This document shows, in pieces, positions 9,130 to 17,754 of a DNA stretch of 64,000 nucleotides (within the stretch, counting starts at the first letter, position 1; every line of letters begins with the position of its first letter). Below the pieces are notes generated by a model. The model worked only from the letters and a program-made list of their open reading frames with translations. It searched no databases and was not told the origin of the DNA. Source of the stretch: an uncultured Saprospiraceae bacterium (GTDB taxonomy: Bacteria; Bacteroidota; Bacteroidia; Chitinophagales; Saprospiraceae); contig CALGJW010000242.1 in the NCBI GenBank assembly GCA_937930025.1, forward strand, positions 842 to 64,841, in the 5' to 3' direction. The translations under genes were made by a program, and so were the position numbers.

Positions 9130-10068
9130 CTATTCAATTAATTTCGACCTTGCTGACACAGATGCCACATTGAAAAATCCTACAGGTACATCACCGGGTT
9201 CAGTTCCATCCAATGAGATAATATTAGTGGGAACATTCGCTGGCGGCTCGGCAAAGATTCCTGCGTCGCCCAAAGTAAGTTGAGCTTGAGCTTGTTCGAT
9301 GTAACTAAAAGCTTCGAAGTTCAGGGAATGAATTTCGACTCGAATAGAATCTCCTAATGCCCAAGGAGCAATGGTATTGTCATCAACAGCATCATCTCCA
9401 GAATCTGCAATTCGATTGATAAAAGAGCGAATTGGAGTAATGAAGGTTACTCCATCTACCATCGCCCCAGGAGTAAAGGAAGCGTCGAAGGCAATATTGA
9501 TCTCTTGTGGCTTATTTAAAAACTCGCCATTTTTGAAAGTCTTTATCCAATAGGTATCACCAGGACCTTGAGGATCTCTGGCAAAAAATTCACAATAGTA
9601 ACCTTCAGGTATACCCGTCGATTCTTCTTCAAATGTAACCGCAATGGAATCAATAGGAGTCGTTCTATTTTTGGTAGAAAAAGATTGGTAAGTTTTTCCG
9701 TTTTCTAAAGTAATGTCCAAAACGAAGATACTGCCAATGGTTCCAAAAGTGCCTCCATTCTGCGGAGACCAAACATAATTCCCTGTATTGCCCTCTTCGA
9801 TAAATTGGTAGATGGGTCCGTCATCTTCAGCAATTGTGACTGTCGCGCCGCTTTCCGCAGGGGAAGGTGTGTTGTCAAAATAAGGACTGGTTCTTCTTAA
9901 GCGAATGACCTGATCTTGGTTTAAATCATTGATCCAAGCATCCACTACCAATTGGCTATCCCCAGATTCCAATTCGATTTCAATGACGTCTGTGCAAGCA
10001 TTAAATGCGCTGGCAATTACAATTGAAAGTATTGCCAGAAGATTATATTTATTAATTATTTTTTTCAT
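9130..10068 (-). CDS. DUF4249-family lipoprotein (partner of the upstream TonB-dependent receptor)
   Basis: Signal peptide plus lipobox (IASAFNAC). DSQLVVDAWINDLNQDQVIRLRRTSPYFD is typical of DUF4249. It lies 3 nt downstream of the CarboxypepD_reg-type TonB-dependent receptor, which is the usual gene pair. Confidence 0.7.
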   Translation of the reverse strand: MKKIINKYNLLAILSIVIASAFNACTDVIEIELESGDSQLVVDAWINDLNQDQVIRLRRTSPYFDNTPSPAESGATVTIAEDDGPIYQFIEEGNTGNYVWSPQNGGTFGTIGSIFVLDITLENGKTYQSFSTKNRTTPIDSIAVTFEEESTGIPEGYYCEFFARDPQGPGDTYWIKTFKNGEFLNKPQEINIAFDASFTPGAMVDGVTFITPIRSFINRIADSGDDAVDDNTIAPWALGDSIRVEIHSLNFEAFSYIEQAQAQLTLGDAGIFAEPPANVPTNIISLDGTEPGDVPVGFFNVASVSARSKLIE

Positions 10069-10071
10069 GGC

Positions 10072-12447
10072 TTAAAATTTAAAGTTGTAAGCAATAGAAG
10101 GAATAAAACTTCCAATAACGGATAAGCGCACGGCCTCGGTGGTAATAGGTGTTCCTATTTCTGGTCGGATGGCATTCTGTTGGAAATAAATTGAGAATGG
10201 ATTCCTGCGATTGTAAACATTGTATACAGAGAATACCCACTCCCCAGACCATTTTTCTCTTTCCTTTCCTTTCATGGTTGCTGATAAATCTAGTCTATGG
10301 TAAACCGGTATACGCACATTATTTCTTGCACCAGATGCAATGTTTGGAATCACATATCCTTGTTGTTCTACTCGATCTGTCGGGAAGGTGGCCGGTGTTC
10401 CGGAGTTAACGACAAAGTTTCCAGAGAAGGTCCACTTCTTACTTAGTTCATAAAAAGTCGTCAAACTTAAATTATGTGTTTGATCAAATCTGGAGTCAAA
10501 CCATTCATCGTTGTTTACCCCATCCACCTTTCGCTCTGATTTGGCCAAAGTATAAGAAAGCCATCCGGTAAGTTTTCCTTTCTTTTTTTCAATCTGAACT
10601 TCTAACCCATAGGATCTTCCTTTGCCTTCGATCAATTCAGCCTCTAAAAGTTCATTGACAAATAAATCCGCTCCGTCAATGTAATCGACCAACTGTGAAT
10701 AGTTTTTATAATAAGTTTCAAAAGAAGTGACGTAGGTATTGTCTTTGAAGTTTTTAAAATAGCCTATGGCAAACTGATCTGCAATTTGTGGCTTGATGTT
10801 ATTGGTACTTGGTGTCCAAACATCCAGCGGAGAGGCTGCCGTAGAATTCGAAATCAAATGAATGTATTGAGCCATTCGATTATAGCTCATTTTTAATGAG
10901 GTGGTATTATTCAATTGATACTTTACAGAAGCCCGTGGCTCAAAGTTAGAATAGGTCTGTATGCTTTCCCATTGGTCATAATTAGTAGGCGCTCCCACTA
11001 CTTCTTTTCGTTCGCCTGGCTCAGTATCTTTCAGTTCAAATGCGCGACCTTTTCCCATGTAGTTAAAGTGCGACCAACGTAATCCATAGCGCAATGATAA
11101 CTTATCATTAATGGTTTGATCATTTTCCAAAAATAATCCAGCTTCTAACGCATATTTGTTGGGAACAGAAAAGTTGGAGACTTCTCCTTGACTAACACCA
11201 ACAGCGTTTCCTGGAGAAAATTCATAAATGATTCCTTGCCCACCGAACGTTAATAAATTCTTTGGATTCAGATAATAAGAGATGTCTGACTTTAAGGAGT
11301 AGTTGACAATTTTGGCGTCCCAATCAAAACTATTTTCATTGGTGTTTCCAAATTGTATTTTATAATCGTAGTTGGAATAGTAAGTTGTGAAGTTGGCGAA
11401 AAGGCGTTCATTGAACAGATGATTCCAACGCAAGGTAGCAGTCTTATTTCCCCAATTAAATCCAGCCGCATCACCAAATCCAAAGTTGTCTCGTCCTAAA
11501 TAGCCGGAAAGAAATATTCTGTCTTTTGAAGAAATTTTATAATTAGTTTTTAAGGTAAGATCATAAAAATTCAAGACAGACTCCGACAAGTCATCCGATA
11601 AAAATGGCTTGGCCAATACATCAATATAAGATCGACGTGCAGCAATGATGAAAGAAGATTTGTCTTTAACAATCGGAGCTTCCACTGCCAATCGACTAAA
11701 GATAAATCCAACACCTCCGGACACTGCCAATTTTTTGCTATTCCCTTCTTTCATCCGAACATCAAGAATAGAGGATAAACGTCCGCCATACTGTGCAGGA
11801 ATTCCACCTTTATACAATTTTACATCTTTCACTGCATCGGGATTAAACACGGAAAAGAATCCAAACAGGTGAGAAGAATTATAAACTGGAGCTTCATCCA
11901 GTAATACCAAGTTTTGATCTACTCCTCCTCCACGTACATTAAAACCTGTGGCGCCTTCTCCCACTGTACTCACTCCGGGTAACAATTGAATGGATCTAAT
12001 CACATCCACTTCTCCCAACAGCGCAGGTAATTTTGAAATGGTCCGAAGATTCAACGTGTTAACAGACATTTCTGTATTTCGAACATTTTTGTCCTCTGAC
12101 TCCGAGGTGACAACCACTTCTTCTAGCATGGCTGCTTCTTCCCCCATCTCAATGTCTTGGGTAATGTTTTTATCCAGATTGATCTCAATAGTCTGAGATT
12201 CGAATCCTAAGTAGGAGAATTCTATGGTGTATTGCCCAGGAGGAACGGAAAGAGAATAGAATCCATACTCATTGGAGGTAGTTCCCGCGGCTAGGCTAGC
12301 AATGAAAGCAGATGCCCCGATCAGCGTTTCACCCGAAGATCCATCTTTGATATATCCACTCAAGGTGAAATTATCCTTGTTTTCTTGTGCAGTTACATTT
12401 AACCCTAGGAAAATGACACATAGTATAAACAGTAATTTTTGATGCAT
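10072..12447 (-). CDS. TonB-dependent receptor with N-terminal carboxypeptidase-regulatory-like domain
   Basis: Signal peptide. CarboxypepD_reg-like FTLSGYIKDGSSGETLIGASAF...YTIEFSYLGFESQTIEI. Plug region DVIRSIQLLPGVSTVGEGATGFNVRGGGVDQNLVLLDEAPVYN. Long beta-barrel ending IAYNFKF. Confidence 0.9.
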   Translation of the reverse strand: MHQKLLFILCVIFLGLNVTAQENKDNFTLSGYIKDGSSGETLIGASAFIASLAAGTTSNEYGFYSLSVPPGQYTIEFSYLGFESQTIEINLDKNITQDIEMGEEAAMLEEVVVTSESEDKNVRNTEMSVNTLNLRTISKLPALLGEVDVIRSIQLLPGVSTVGEGATGFNVRGGGVDQNLVLLDEAPVYNSSHLFGFFSVFNPDAVKDVKLYKGGIPAQYGGRLSSILDVRMKEGNSKKLAVSGGVGFIFSRLAVEAPIVKDKSSFIIAARRSYIDVLAKPFLSDDLSESVLNFYDLTLKTNYKISSKDRIFLSGYLGRDNFGFGDAAGFNWGNKTATLRWNHLFNERLFANFTTYYSNYDYKIQFGNTNENSFDWDAKIVNYSLKSDISYYLNPKNLLTFGGQGIIYEFSPGNAVGVSQGEVSNFSVPNKYALEAGLFLENDQTINDKLSLRYGLRWSHFNYMGKGRAFELKDTEPGERKEVVGAPTNYDQWESIQTYSNFEPRASVKYQLNNTTSLKMSYNRMAQYIHLISNSTAASPLDVWTPSTNNIKPQIADQFAIGYFKNFKDNTYVTSFETYYKNYSQLVDYIDGADLFVNELLEAELIEGKGRSYGLEVQIEKKKGKLTGWLSYTLAKSERKVDGVNNDEWFDSRFDQTHNLSLTTFYELSKKWTFSGNFVVNSGTPATFPTDRVEQQGYVIPNIASGARNNVRIPVYHRLDLSATMKGKEREKWSGEWVFSVYNVYNRRNPFSIYFQQNAIRPEIGTPITTEAVRLSVIGSFIPSIAYNFKF

Positions 12448-12614
12448 AAGTATAGTGCTTTAAGGCCTTTTTATTCGCCGCGAAAATATGTTTTACTAAC
12501 CGAAATAACGCAGTATTGTTGACCAGATGGCGTTAAAATTGGATGAATCCAACAAAGGGTTGTACAAACCCGAAAATTAATGTCACTTTGTATAACATTA
12601 GAATATAAAACAAC

Positions 12615-13220
12615 ATGAGTTGGATTTACTTTTTGGACCTATTCGGCACTCTAATTTTTGCTATTTCTGGTGTATTAACAGCTATTGATAAAAAATTTGA
12701 TTTAGTAGGTTCATTGGTGATTGGATTCGTTACCGCTGTAGGTGGCGGAACTATTCGTGACATCCTCATTGGCCGATTCCCAGTTGGTTGGTTGAATGAT
12801 CGCAATTATATCTATGCAATTTTGATTGGCCTGATAATGTCTTATCTGTTCAGCAAGCAAATTGTCAAATTGAGAAAAAGCATGTTCATTTTTGATACTG
12901 TGGGAATCGGAGTGTTTACTATCCTAGGTATTCAGACGGCGTTATCGCTTGGGCTTCGGATCGAGATCACGTTGATAATGGGGGTTATTTCTGCTGTTTT
13001 TGGTGGAGTCATACGTGATGTTTTGACGAATGAGATTCCTTTAATATTTAGAAAAGAGATTTATGCTTCTGCTTGTTTATTAGGCGGGATAGTTTATCTG
13101 ATTCTTGATCGGTTTTTGGTTTATGGGGATTTTAATGTTTTGTTTTCTATGGCTGTGGTGATTTTGATTCGTTATTTTTCGGTAAAGCATGGGTGGAGTT
13201 TGAGGGTTAATGTTTCTTGA
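12615..13220 (+). CDS. Trimeric intracellular cation channel (TRIC / UPF0126, YadS-like) membrane protein
   Basis: Two UPF0126 repeats, each ending in the glycine motif (VTAVGGGTIRDIL and ISAVFGGVIRDVL). About seven hydrophobic helices. Confidence 0.8.
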   Translation: MSWIYFLDLFGTLIFAISGVLTAIDKKFDLVGSLVIGFVTAVGGGTIRDILIGRFPVGWLNDRNYIYAILIGLIMSYLFSKQIVKLRKSMFIFDTVGIGVFTILGIQTALSLGLRIEITLIMGVISAVFGGVIRDVLTNEIPLIFRKEIYASACLLGGIVYLILDRFLVYGDFNVLFSMAVVILIRYFSVKHGWSLRVNVS

Positions 13221-13243
13221 TTTTATTTGCTTGGGTTTTCTTA

Positions 13244-13870
13244 TTTCTTCGAAACCTTTTTTTGGCAACGAACCTGCCTGACTTTACCGTCAGGTAGGCA
13301 GGTTACGCAAACCTGGCGGCATCGCCAGGCAGGTTTTCACGAATTAACATGCGTGTCGATAGTACGCAATGATTTGCACGAAGGCTTGCTGCCCAAGCAC
13401 GAATTGGCACGAATTCAATCGTATGCTGGTTTTATTTATTTCTTCGAAATTGCCTTGGTTATTTCGCAGGTTACTTGCATCGGTTATTTGCATTTCTTCG
13501 AAATCTTTTTTGGCCACGAACCTTCCTGACTTTACCGACAGGAAGGCAGGTTACCCCAACCTGCCTGCCATCCGGCAATCGGCAGGCAGGTTTTCACGAA
13601 TTAACGTGCGTGTCGATAGTACGCAATGATTTACACGAAGGCTTGCTGTGCAAGCACGAATTGGCACGAATTCAATCGTATGCTGGTTTTATTTATTTCT
13701 TCGAAATTGCCTTGGTTATTTCGCAGGTTACTTTCATTTCTTCGAAATCTTTTTTGGCAACGAATTACACCAATTTGCACGAATTAACGTGCGTGTCGAT
13801 AGTACGCAATGATTTACACGAAAGCTTGCTGCGCAAGCACGAATTTTCACGAATTCTTTCGTACGCCCTA
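13244..13870. repeat. Non-coding tandem repeat array, about 2.5 units of 243-250 bp
   Basis: Unit starts (TTTCTTCGAAA) at 13244, 13494 and 13737. Units 1 and 2 align over their full length. Unit 3 lacks the double-hairpin module. Each unit carries several CACGAA motifs and GC-rich hairpins. The track ORFs here are translated repeats. Confidence 0.85.
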
Positions 13871-14181
13871 GTGTTGAAATGTGTCGCTAGACAATTGGAT
13901 CGAAACGTTTTGAACAATAATGGAGGGGGTTCTACGGAGTCGCGTGAGTTGCCTGGAAGGGGGCTGACAAGCCTGCCCGTAGGGCCGACCGAATAGGGAG
14001 TCTGGAAGGGAACGACCCGAATGGGGCACGCCCTATTCGTAAAGCGGCAATTATCTAAAGATGCATTGCCTCCGGCGCAATTCGAATACCGATCATTGGT
14101 TAATGAATTGAAATAGGAACGCTCTAGTCATTAAACTCTTTAAAAAGGAATCATTGGTCGAAGATTCTGGAAGTCAATCCT

Positions 14182-14189
14182 TATTTTTG
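14182..14189 (+). promoter_or_regulatory. Candidate Bacteroidota -7 promoter box (TAnnTTTG) upstream of clpB
   Basis: TATTTTTG matches TAnnTTTG, 66 nt upstream of the clpB ATG. The nearest upstream TTG (14154-14156) is about 25 nt away, which is longer than the usual spacing. Confidence 0.3.
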
Positions 14190-14254
14190 GAACTTGCAAA
14201 GCAATCTAACTATCTTGCGCAGATAGGTAGCAGCCTAATAAATTTTAAGCGAAT

Positions 14255-17002
14255 ATGACATACGATAATTTTACGGTGAAGGCCCAAGAGGCCATATTGA
14301 AGTCTCAGAAGATTGCGGCAGATTTGGAACAGCAGACGGTGGACACGCCTCATTTGATCAAAGGGATATTGTTGAATGATGAGCAGATGGGGGAATTCTT
14401 GTTTAAGAAGATGGGAATCTCCATGGAGCAACTGAATCAGAAGTTGAATGCGGCGATCAAATCTTACCCTCGGGTACAAGGAACGGAGAAGCAGTTTTTG
14501 ACGGATCAGTCGAATAAGGCTTTGTCTGCTGCGAAGAAATTCATGAAGGATTTTGGGGATGACTTTATTTCTGTGGAATTGATCTTGATGGGGATTTTGT
14601 CTGGAAAAAGTAAAGGGAATGATATCTTAAAAGATCTTGGGGCGACTAAGGATGGGCTGAAGGCTGCCATTAAGGAATTGCGGAAAGGGTCTAAGATTAA
14701 GGATCAAAATGCCGATGCGCAATATAATTCGCTTGCAAAATTTGCAGTGAATCTAAATGAACGAGCGGAGAACGGAAAGTTAGATCCGATCATTGGTCGG
14801 GATGAGGAAATTAGAAGAGTGCTACATATCTTATCTCGTCGAAAGAAAAATAATCCGATCCTTGTTGGAGAGCCTGGTGTGGGTAAGACGGCTATCGTGG
14901 AAGGAATCGCTTGGCGAATTGTGAATCAAGATGTGCCTGAAAATCTGCAGACGAAAAAGATTTTTGTGTTGGATATCTCTTCCTTGATTGCAGGAGCGAA
15001 ATTCAAAGGGGAGTTTGAGGAACGATTGAAGGCGGTGATCAAGGAGGTGACGAATGCGAATGGAGAGATTATTTTATTTATTGATGAAATACATACGCTG
15101 ATTGGTGCAGGTGGCGGTTCAGGAGGAGTGGATGCTGCGAATATTTTAAAGCCGGCTTTGGCGCGTGGAGAATTAAGAACGATCGGTGCAACTACTTTGG
15201 ATGAATATCAAAAGTATTTTGAAAAAGACAAGGCGCTAGTTCGTCGTTTCCAAACGGTGGTAATTGATGAGCCTTCGACCCATGATTCTGTTTCTATTTT
15301 AAGAGGATTGCAAGAACGATATGAGGTGTATCATAAGATTGATATTCTGGATGAAGCGTTGATTGCAGCGGTAGAATTATCGCATCGATATATTGCTGAT
15401 CGTGCACTTCCAGATAAAGCAATTGACTTGATAGATGAGGCGGCTGCGAAGTTGCGATTAGAACTGGATTCGGTTCCCGATGAAATCGATGAGCGCGAGC
15501 GTAAGGTGCGTCAGTTAGAAATTGAACGTGAGGCGATCAAGCGAGAAGGAGATGAAGGCAAGTTGAAAAAAATTAGTGAAAGTATAGCCAACGCCAAGGA
15601 GGATTTGGAATCCATGACGGCGACTTGGAAAAATGAAAAGGAGGTTGTCGATGCTGTTTCGAACATCAAGAAAAAAATGGAAGAATTAGAACAGGCTGCG
15701 GATAAGGCGGAGCGCGATTCTGATTTTGAGGAAGTGGCGAAGATTCGATATGGCGCCATGAAGGAGCAGGAAGCTTTCTTGAAGGCTGCCGAGGAAAAAT
15801 TAGATGGTCTATCTGAGGAAAATAGATTTACCAACGAACAGGTCACTGCGAATGATATTGCTGAAGTAGTTTCTCGATGGACTGGAATTCCATTGTCGAA
15901 AATGATGCAGAGCGAAAAGGATAAACTGCTAAAATTAGAAGAGCAAATTGGTGAGCGACTGATCGGTCAGCATGAGGCGGTAAAAGCTGTATCGGATGCA
16001 GTGCGTCGTTCTCGAGCAGGATTACAAGATTCTAAGCGGCCCATAGGTTCCTTTATTTTTGTGGGACCTACTGGTGTAGGAAAAACGGAGTTGGCTAAGG
16101 CCTTGGCGGAAGTTTTATTTGATGATGAAAAAGCGATCATCCGAATAGACATGTCAGAGTACCAGGAAAAGCATGCAGCTTCCAGATTGGTGGGTGCGCC
16201 TCCGGGATATGTAGGTTACGATGAGGGTGGGCAATTGACGGAAGCAGTTCGTCGCAAGCCTTACTCGATTGTACTTTTAGATGAGATAGAAAAAGCGCAT
16301 CCGGATACTTTCAATATTCTTTTGCAAGTATTAGACGATGGTCGATTGACAGATAATAAAGGCCGAACGGTGAATTTCAAAAACACGATGGTCATCATGA
16401 CTTCCAACATGGGAGCGGAAAAGATTTTGGAAAACTTCGAAGATCTAGATGCCCTTGGCGAAGAGCATCGCCAAGATATCATCGCGACGACGAAGGAGGA
16501 AGTATTTGAAGCATTGAAAGAAAACTTGCGTCCGGAGTTCCTAAATAGAATCGATGAGCAGATTATGTTCTTACCGCTGACGCTTGATGAGATCAAACAG
16601 ATCTTAGTATTGTTGTTGAAGAAAACAACAAAGATGTTGAAGGCGCAAGGAATCACCATGGAGGTGACAGAGGATGCGAAAACGTATATGGCGGAGTTAG
16701 GTTATGATCCCCAGTTTGGTGCGCGTCCGTTGAAGCGGGTGATTCAGAAGTATTTGATAAATGAGTTATCCAAGGAGGTGTTGTCTGGGAATTTTGCGAA
16801 AGGGGACACGGTTTATATTGGAGCGGATGCGAAAGGGTTGACTTTTGGAAAGACGAAGCCGAAGGGTGGTAGTAAGCCGAAGGTGGAGAAGAAATCTGAT
16901 TCAAAAAAAAAGGGTAAAAAAGAGGTGACGGAGCGGGAGCAGGATTTGAAGGATTTGGAGAAGGCGACGAAGGAGTTGAAGGACATTACTAAGAAGTTGT
17001 GA
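14255..17002 (+). CDS. clpB: ATP-dependent chaperone / disaggregase ClpB
   Basis: 915 aa. Clp N-domain, two AAA+ modules (Walker [10 protein letters not shown] and GPTGVGKTE), a long coiled-coil middle domain, and RPLKRVIQ near the C-terminus. It also has an unusual Lys-rich C-terminal tail of about 50 aa. Confidence 0.97.
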   Translation: MTYDNFTVKAQEAILKSQKIAADLEQQTVDTPHLIKGILLNDEQMGEFLFKKMGISMEQLNQKLNAAIKSYPRVQGTEKQFLTDQSNKALSAAKKFMKDFGDDFISVELILMGILSGKSKGNDILKDLGATKDGLKAAIKELRKGSKIKDQNADAQYNSLAKFAVNLNERAENGKLDPIIGRDEEIRRVLHILSRRKKNNPILVGEPGVGKTAIVEGIAWRIVNQDVPENLQTKKIFVLDISSLIAGAKFKGEFEERLKAVIKEVTNANGEIILFIDEIHTLIGAGGGSGGVDAANILKPALARGELRTIGATTLDEYQKYFEKDKALVRRFQTVVIDEPSTHDSVSILRGLQERYEVYHKIDILDEALIAAVELSHRYIADRALPDKAIDLIDEAAAKLRLELDSVPDEIDERERKVRQLEIEREAIKREGDEGKLKKISESIANAKEDLESMTATWKNEKEVVDAVSNIKKKMEELEQAADKAERDSDFEEVAKIRYGAMKEQEAFLKAAEEKLDGLSEENRFTNEQVTANDIAEVVSRWTGIPLSKMMQSEKDKLLKLEEQIGERLIGQHEAVKAVSDAVRRSRAGLQDSKRPIGSFIFVGPTGVGKTELAKALAEVLFDDEKAIIRIDMSEYQEKHAASRLVGAPPGYVGYDEGGQLTEAVRRKPYSIVLLDEIEKAHPDTFNILLQVLDDGRLTDNKGRTVNFKNTMVIMTSNMGAEKILENFEDLDALGEEHRQDIIATTKEEVFEALKENLRPEFLNRIDEQIMFLPLTLDEIKQILVLLLKKTTKMLKAQGITMEVTEDAKTYMAELGYDPQFGARPLKRVIQKYLINELSKEVLSGNFAKGDTVYIGADAKGLTFGKTKPKGGSKPKVEKKSDSKKKGKKEVTEREQDLKDLEKATKELKDITKKL

Positions 17003-17070
17003 TTTTCTTGGTAATGTCTTTTAATATTTACCTAAACTGAGGTTTGGAATTTAACTGAACGAGGAGCGGT

Positions 17071-17265
17071 AGCAACGAATTTCACGAATTAACACGAAGT
17101 CGAATACCGTATGATGGCCACGAAGAATTGCTGCGCAATTACGAATTTTCACGAATTAATACGTAAGAATTAGTAGAAATTAATACTTGCAAAGCAAGCC
17201 ATTCGTGCAAATAAATTACGCTCAATCGTCACCCCTATGTATTCGTGAAAACCTGCTTGCCCTTT
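17071..17265. repeat. Degenerate copy of the CACGAA/hairpin repeat family, immediately downstream of clpB
   Basis: GCAACGAATTTCACGAATTAAC...GAATTGCTGCGCAATTACGAATTTTCACGAATT aligns with unit 3 of the upstream array (13755-13860). 17243-17265 (ATTCGTGAAAACCTGCTTGCC) is an inverted copy of the CAGGCAGGTTTTCACGAAT segment. Confidence 0.7.
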
Positions 17266-17384
17266 AGTTTAGCACACGACTTTTGTTTTAATCTCCTTTT
17301 CATAGCTTAGTACTAAATAAAAAGGATCTTAAGGAAAATCCGGGAACAAAAGATGTCCCTATCATAAATTCCAACTAGCTCTTA

Positions 17385-17673
17385 TTAGGCTGAAGGCCTA
17401 AGATTCCAAAACTTGGGGTATCGCCCCAAGATATGGAACATGCACGATAGGCAGGCTGAAGGTCTGCGATTCCATAAACGATAGAAGTGTGTTCCTTTGT
17501 AACAAATAGCTTCCAATTGAATAATTAATCTTTTTACTTTCTCCTAAGACGAGATTGCCCATTGCATTCTTTCAGAAGGTGAGTGGAATCCCAGCCCTAC
17601 AGGCTGCTATGTAAGGTGCCTCTTGTCTTGGGACGTTGTCCCAAGTTTCGGAATTAAAGCCCTACAGGCTTTT
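17385..17673. mobile_element. MITE-like element: two 89-bp inverted-repeat arms separated by about 111 bp
   Basis: The reverse complement of arm 2 (17585-17673) aligns with arm 1 (17385-17473) along its whole length. Each arm has three small hairpins (for example TTAGGC-TGAAG-GCCTAA, CTTGGGG-TATC-GCCCCAAG). No ORF is present. Confidence 0.55.
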
Positions 17674-17754
17674 TTGAAATAACTAAGTACATGCTAACTG
17701 AGATACTTGTGTACTAAGGAAAGATTGCCCAATGGCCTTTCCTTAGCACACAAG

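Noticed and set aside
12448-12614. Riboswitch (for example cobalamin) in the leader of the TonB-dependent receptor
   Set aside because: No B12-box (GCCACTG-like) or other conserved riboswitch core is seen on the minus strand. The region looks like a plain divergent promoter region.
13244-13870. Possible CRISPR array
   Set aside because: The period is about 245 bp and the units align over their whole length, so there are no short repeats alternating with unique spacers. No cas genes are in the window.
13227-13996. Track ORFs 13227..13529, 13369..13629 and 13475..13996
   Set aside because: They are translations of the tandem repeat; the same peptide strings recur (for example HELTCVSIVRNDLHEGLL). 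There is no start context or protein-like composition.
13953-14010. SRP (4.5S) RNA-like motif, because of the two CTGGAAGGG strings
   Set aside because: The flanking bases do not form the conserved helix-8 pairing, the AGCAGCC-type symmetric-loop sequence is absent, and there is no GGUGCUGUUUACC-like 5' part.
15511-16904. Antisense ORFs inside clpB (15511..15846, 15967..16152, 16261..16659, 16653..16904)
   Set aside because: They are shadow ORFs of a purine-rich, well-supported gene. Their Ser/Phe-rich low-complexity products are typical of antisense frames.
14255-17002. clpB as a horizontally acquired gene, on composition grounds
   Set aside because: A few hand-counted lines suggest somewhat higher G+C than secA. 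However, the protein is Glu/Lys/Gly/Arg-rich and highly expressed, which alone can explain that. I cannot compute codon statistics here, so no claim is made.
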